A stretch of DNA of 64,000 bases from Azolla caroliniana (Eukaryota; Plantae; Polypodiophyta). The stretch lies in contig JBHGNT010000005.1 in NCBI GenBank assembly GCA_043228905.1, positions 6,882,001-6,946,000 on the forward strand, in the 5' to 3' direction. Every line of letters starts with the position of its first letter. Position 1 is the first letter of the stretch. Shown in pieces: positions 59,241 through 64,000 of this stretch. The position numbers and the translations under genes are program-made. A model generated the notes under the pieces. That model was not told where the DNA came from, made no database searches, and saw only the letters and a list, made by a program, of their open reading frames with translations.

Positions 59241-62163
59241 GGGAGAGATAGTGTCATGAGTGTCATGAGATGGCAAGACTCGAACCCATGACCTTATGGT
59301 ATATGGGTCGAGCTCTTAACCATCTCACCATCTGTTGTAATTCATAGAATATTATTTTCATTTATGTTTTATTATAAGAAAGTAATGTATATTCCAGATT
59401 TCTCTGGAACATTCTAGAAGCTTCAGGATTATTCCTGAGAACACTATAAAAGAAGGCACTAAGCATTATGTTGAACCAAATTGGTTCAACACCAGTCTTA
59501 AGCCTCTTAGTCGATTTGTACTTATTTTTCATATAATATAAGAGCTGCTGTCATCATCCTATTTCTCTCTCTCTCTCCTCTTCTCACTTCCTCTCTCTCG
59601 GGAATCTTACGCAGTCCCGTCCTCTTAGTACTAATAGTACTAATAGTACTACTCTTCTTAGTACTAATTCCATCTCTGTTTTAGTACTATTCCTGACAGA
59701 CGTTCACGAATTTGTCGAAAAGACAACGATGTGGATGTTACAGTTGAGGAAACAAATGTCACATTTGACAAAAACAAAGATTTTTAGACTCATGAAGAAG
59801 ATAGATTTCAAGAAGAATATTAAGAAGAAGATTATATTGATGGTGATGATAATGATATCACATATTGACCCTCCACGCACGCTCAATATGTGATATCATT
59901 ATCATCACCATCAATAGAATCTTCTTCTTAATATTCTTCTTGAAACCTATCTTCTTCATGAGTCTAAAAATCTTTGTTTTTGTCAAATGTGACATTGGTT
60001 TCCTCAACTATAACATCCACATCATTGTCTTTTCAACAAATTCATGAACGTCCTCCTTGGTCCGTGGCCCCAGTGGTCCCGCTCAAGTAGCACACGCACG
60101 CGAGCATCTTCACGACATCATTTAGTGAACCCGACGTGAAGAGCGGCAGGGGAGGATGAAGATGGACGAGGAATATCTCATGGAGGCAATGTCAAAGATG
60201 ATAATGGAATTTTCAAGAGAAGGGAAAAGACGAGATATGGCCCAACAAGCCGTCGAGAGTGTGGTCGAGCAAGTCGGCTATTTCCCTTGCAAGATTTGCA
60301 CTTGTTTGTTCACAAATGAACATAAGTTCTTCATTGCTTGTAGCAGTGGCTGAAGTGTTATTTTCTTTAGGAATCTTCCTAGGTTCAACATTATTACTAA
60401 CACTCTTTTCCCTTTTAAGGTGTCGGCAGTCCTTCTAGAAATGTCTAGGCTTTCCACAATAAAAGCACACGAGGTTTCCTCTGGACTTCGACCTGGCTTG
60501 AGACTTTTCTCTCCTTGGTGCACTCCTTTGCCGGTTCCTTCCTCTGCCGATGTGTTGAGTCAAATTTGACTCCAACAGGACTAGGACACCCTTGTCCTTC
60601 CTTCCCGCTTCTTCATTTAGGCTGCTTGTCTTCACAGCTTGTAAAGACAAGTTCTCTTCTTGACAAGAGGTGTTGAGAGTAACCACCAGGTCGTCCCAAC
60701 TATCCGGCAGTGAGCACATCAGTAGGATGGCCTGCATCGCATCATCAAGGGGAAACTTGGTTGCGGCAAGTTGATTAACATACCCCATCAATGTGCTGAT
60801 GTGTTCTACAATGCTTTCATCGTCTCTGTATTTCAGCCGTACGATCTTTCTCATCAGTGAGGTTTTGTTGAGGGCGTTCTTCCTCTCATATAGACCTGAC
60901 AACTTCTACCACATCTCGTGGGCATTTGTGTCATTCGCCACATGCTGAAGGACACTTACATCGACGCACTTTCGGATGGTGGCCACCGCCATTCTGTTAA
61001 AATGTTTCCATTCTGACTCTAATACCCCCGTGGGTATTTCTGCTCTGTCGATCTGCTCGTACAAGTCTTTGACTATGAGAAGGTCTTCCATCTTTATCTT
61101 CTAGTCTGCATAGTTTTGAGAGTTTAGAACTATCATTCCTGGGAAGCTACTCATACCTCCTTCCATGTTGCACCTCAAGCTTTCATACCACTTGTTGAGA
61201 AAAAAGCAGGCATACGCTAAAATACAGAAAATTGTGTTCATAGATTTAATGTGGAAACCCTAAAATAGGAGAAAACCACGGAGAACGGAGCTTCACTATA
61301 CAAAGGATATACAATGACGAGATCAGAGTACAGCACTCTCTATAGAGAGTGTAAACAGCCTTGCAAGGCTCTTGGCGTATGCTGTTACTTAACACAGCTA
61401 TGGCGCTGCTCGCTCTCCTCTCCCCTCTCACGTCTCGCTCTATGGTGCTCCCACTATTCTGTTCTTCATTCTTCCTCTACATAATACATTGTTTTCCCTA
61501 GGCGTATATATACTAATACACAGTATTGGCTATTTACAAATGTAGCTCCTACTACACATCACTACTATTATTATCAATAATAATAAGTAGCCATCGGCCA
61601 ACTCTAGTGTCGACTGTCCAATTGGTCCAACTTGTCGGCTTGGTGATCAACCATCCGGTCAGCCTGACTAGTCGGGCGTGTCTTCGACCTAGATCTCCTT
61701 TCTGTCAACTCTGACAATCGACTTTCTCGCAGTCGACTCTTCAATCTTCGGCTATCGGCACTTCTTGGTCTAAACAGTCGACTCTCCCACTGGAGGGACA
61801 TATTCCCAACACAAACTATTGTTGGGTATATACTTGATTCAAAACCTGGTGGTTGAATAATGAAGACCTCCTCTTCTAATTCACCTTGTTGGAAGGCGTT
61901 CTTTATGTCCATTTGGTGGAGGTGCTACCCTTTTGCAGATGCGAGAGTAGTGACTGTCCAAACAATCATCATCTTTGCCACCGGGGCAAAAGTCTCCTCA
62001 TAGTCGAATCCGTGTTTGAGCATATCCCTTAGCTAAGAGATGTGCCTTGTAGCGGTTGACTGAACCATTGGCATTATATTTTACCTTAAAGACCCATCAA
62101 CAGCCAATTGCTTTCTTGTGTGGAGAATGGGGGATAAGATCCCCTGTCCTGTTTTTGCTTAGC

Positions 62164-62326
62164 AAAAACGAGAAGCCACGTTCTTAGATGAGCAAATAGA
62201 AAGGGCGATGGACTTGCGGAAGGTCCTTGAAGAGCGAATCCTCGACAACAGTGTGGAGTTGTCTCTAAGAGAAGTGTTGGGGATCGCGAAGAAAGAGTTC
62301 CACGATTCCATCGTGGACCTGGTACG
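62164..62326 (+). other. Isolated ~160-bp fragment of W-family gag inside C4 RT
   Basis: Matches ~22460-22625 (DLRKVLEERILD...SIVDLV); no LTR or TSD. Confidence 0.8.
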
Positions 62327-63147
62327 AGTTCATAGCTTCAATCCATCGTGTATCCTTGGCTACCTCGGAAAAGGTTTCTAGTTCTCGGACTGTCGCCACC
62401 TTCATCATAAAGGCATATTGATATGCTATATACTAATCGTACCCGAATCGGCTAACCGGGTTTTTCTCTCAGGTGGAGTGACAAAGCTTCTCATTAGCAG
62501 AGACTAAGGCTTTCTTTGCTCCATTCATCTGGATGATTGGGATGTTAAGGCCTTCAAACTCATTATCAAGGGAGTGAGTTGACTTGTTGTCGATCAGATC
62601 TTCGTATTCTGGCATTTTGGCCTACCCTTTGTCAAGCTTCGGACTCGTTCTAGATCTACTTTGGTTAGTCGGGGGCTCTTGAGGTCAACTTAGCCTTGTC
62701 ATAATCGAACTTTCTTCGAACATCTGTCTAAGTTTATCTTCATTCTCTAGCATTTGGTTGGCTGAATCCGGGTCGACCGGGGTCAGAATCAAAGTTGTCT
62801 CTGGTTTGTGCCAGGATACCGACTTGTCGAAAATGACGTCTCGACTCACCCGAACTCTTCGGGTGGATGGATTGTAACATTTGTACCCTTTCTACTTGAG
62901 TGAGTACCCTAAGAGGATACATTTCTCCCACTTTGGATCAAGCTTTTGTCGCTTCTCATCAAGAATATGTACATAAGCGATTGAGCTGAATATCTGGACG
63001 TGGGAAATGTGGTTTCTTTCCGAAGAACTTCTCGTAAGGAGTTATGTCGTGCACCCTAGAGGTTGTACACCTGTTCATGAGATAGACAGTTATGTTAGCC
63101 GCTTCTGCCTGGTGTGATTTTGGCAAGTTCTTCTCGTTCATCATTGC

Positions 63148-63672
63148 TATTAGAGACATGAACTAATGTAAGCATAAAATAAGGATAAATGATAGATCTA
63201 GATAGAAAGGAGAGAGAGAGAAAGAAGGGCGTCGATCCACCCGACCACCCCCAAGCGAAGTGATCAAGATGGACTTGAGCCTCGATCGGCGTCCCATACC
63301 ACCGTTGTGGCGTTGAGTTGTACCTGGTGCTGGCGTGCTCGCTACAAGAGTTGACCCACCACAAGAACAGAGTCTCAATGGAGTCCAAAGATGATCAAAT
63401 GAGGGTAGCTAGGCCTCTTATTTATAGCAATACCCAGGCCCCCAGGCCCCCAGGCAAGTTCACACTTGGCCTAATGGGTTGTCTCAATCCCGAGGATTAA
63501 AAGTAATCCTCCCCTTCTTTACACTCTCATTTAACCCTCACACTTATCCACATGTATAGAATACTACGGTAAATTCTCACCACGGTATATTATATGGTCA
63601 TGCCTGTAACATACTCCCCCTCTTTAAAACATTGCACTCTTGCAATGGAAAGTTAGGGAAGTTAGTTCTGAG
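63148..63672 (-). mobile_element. 3' LTR (~63148-63611) and PPT of another LTR element
   Basis: Minus strand AGAGGGGGAGTA then TGTTACAGG; left boundary approximate. Confidence 0.65.
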
Positions 63673-64000
63673 TGTTAGGATTTCGGTCCTTCCGGATGGG
63701 ATATGCGTACCCGACAAGGAAGACCCGGTGAGAACCAGATGATGAAGGCCCGGTGAGAACCGGATGTTGCAGGCCCGATGAAAACCTCTCACCTGATGAA
63801 GGGACATATATGTAAATATGGTCCAGAGAGCCCACTGGGGCTATATTTATAAATAGACCGAAAGTCATATTAGTATAAATATGACCTAGGGCAAACAATG
63901 TGTGTTGTCATTATTTTGTATAGAGTTATTGGTGTAACTGTTGTACAGAGTGTAGCAGAGGAAAGAGAGAAAGAGAGAGAGAGAGAGAGACAAAGCGAGT
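63673..64000 (+). repeat. Copia LTR (C3-like), runs off the window
   Basis: TGTTAGGATTTCGGTCC start, similar to 37796-38100. Confidence 0.88.

Larger units (their letters stand above)
53998..59698 (+). mobile_element. Intact chromovirus T (Tcn1/Tf1-sushi-like Ty3/Gypsy)
   Basis: 447-bp LTRs at 53998-54444 and 59252-59698, identical by eye; TSD GACGT; PPT AAGGGAGAGATAG. Confidence 0.97.
53748..60122. repeat. Long inverted repeat: left arm 53748-53997 + 59704-59868 (with a ~175-bp tandem duplication), 14-nt loop, right arm 59883-60122
   Basis: AATGATGTCGTGAAGATGCTCGCGTGCG is the reverse complement of CGCACGCGAGCATCTTCACGACATCATT; centre is CATATTGA-N14-TCAATATG. Confidence 0.9.
53399..60280 (+). 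mobile_element. Truncated Trp-primed Gypsy V: rearranged 5' LTR (53399-60117), PBS 60123-60140, gag start
   Basis: TGTCGTG...CACGACA termini; TAGTGAACCCGACGTGAA; gag N-terminus similar to W and Z. Confidence 0.78.
50102..61811 (-). mobile_element. Copia element C5 (C1-related Gag), decayed, host of V and T
   Basis: LTRs 50102-50739 and 61193-61811; degenerate iMet PBS at 61179-61190; pol ~50780-53398; gag ~60280-61167. Confidence 0.88.
39083..63147 (-). mobile_element. Old Copia element C4 (C0-related), fragmented: 39083-39926, 49435-50101, 61812-63147
   Basis: LTR remnant ending near 39209; RNase H, RT and integrase segments are collinear with C0 across the nested insertions. Confidence 0.8.

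Overview
This window contains no recognisable host gene. It is a nested transposon pile (up to four levels) of the kind found in plant heterochromatin. The families present suggest a non-seed land plant (inference). Two young, apparently intact elements are present: a Ty1/Copia (24429-30077) and a Tcn1/Tf1-like chromovirus (53998-59698). Around them are several decayed tRNA-iMet-primed Copia elements, four copies of a tRNA-Trp-primed Ty3/Gypsy group (4-bp TSDs where both ends survive), a Tat/Athila-like Gypsy with a large extra ORF, an APE-RT LINE, solo LTRs and a 5x298-bp tandem array. The main unusual observations are four. (1) Four different LTR families each carry an antisense tRNA-like Pol III promoter (A and B boxes at tRNA spacing) in U3. 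(2) At 1-4760 the LTR, TATA box and tRNA-Arg PBS point opposite to the adjacent pol and extra ORF. (3) A 240-bp fold-back begins exactly at a PBS boundary. (4) A GGAUUUU plus pseudoknot -1 frameshift signal is conserved after the protease. Coordinates were read by eye and may be off by a few bases. Element letters (X, Y, W, Z, V, T, C0-C5) are my own labels.
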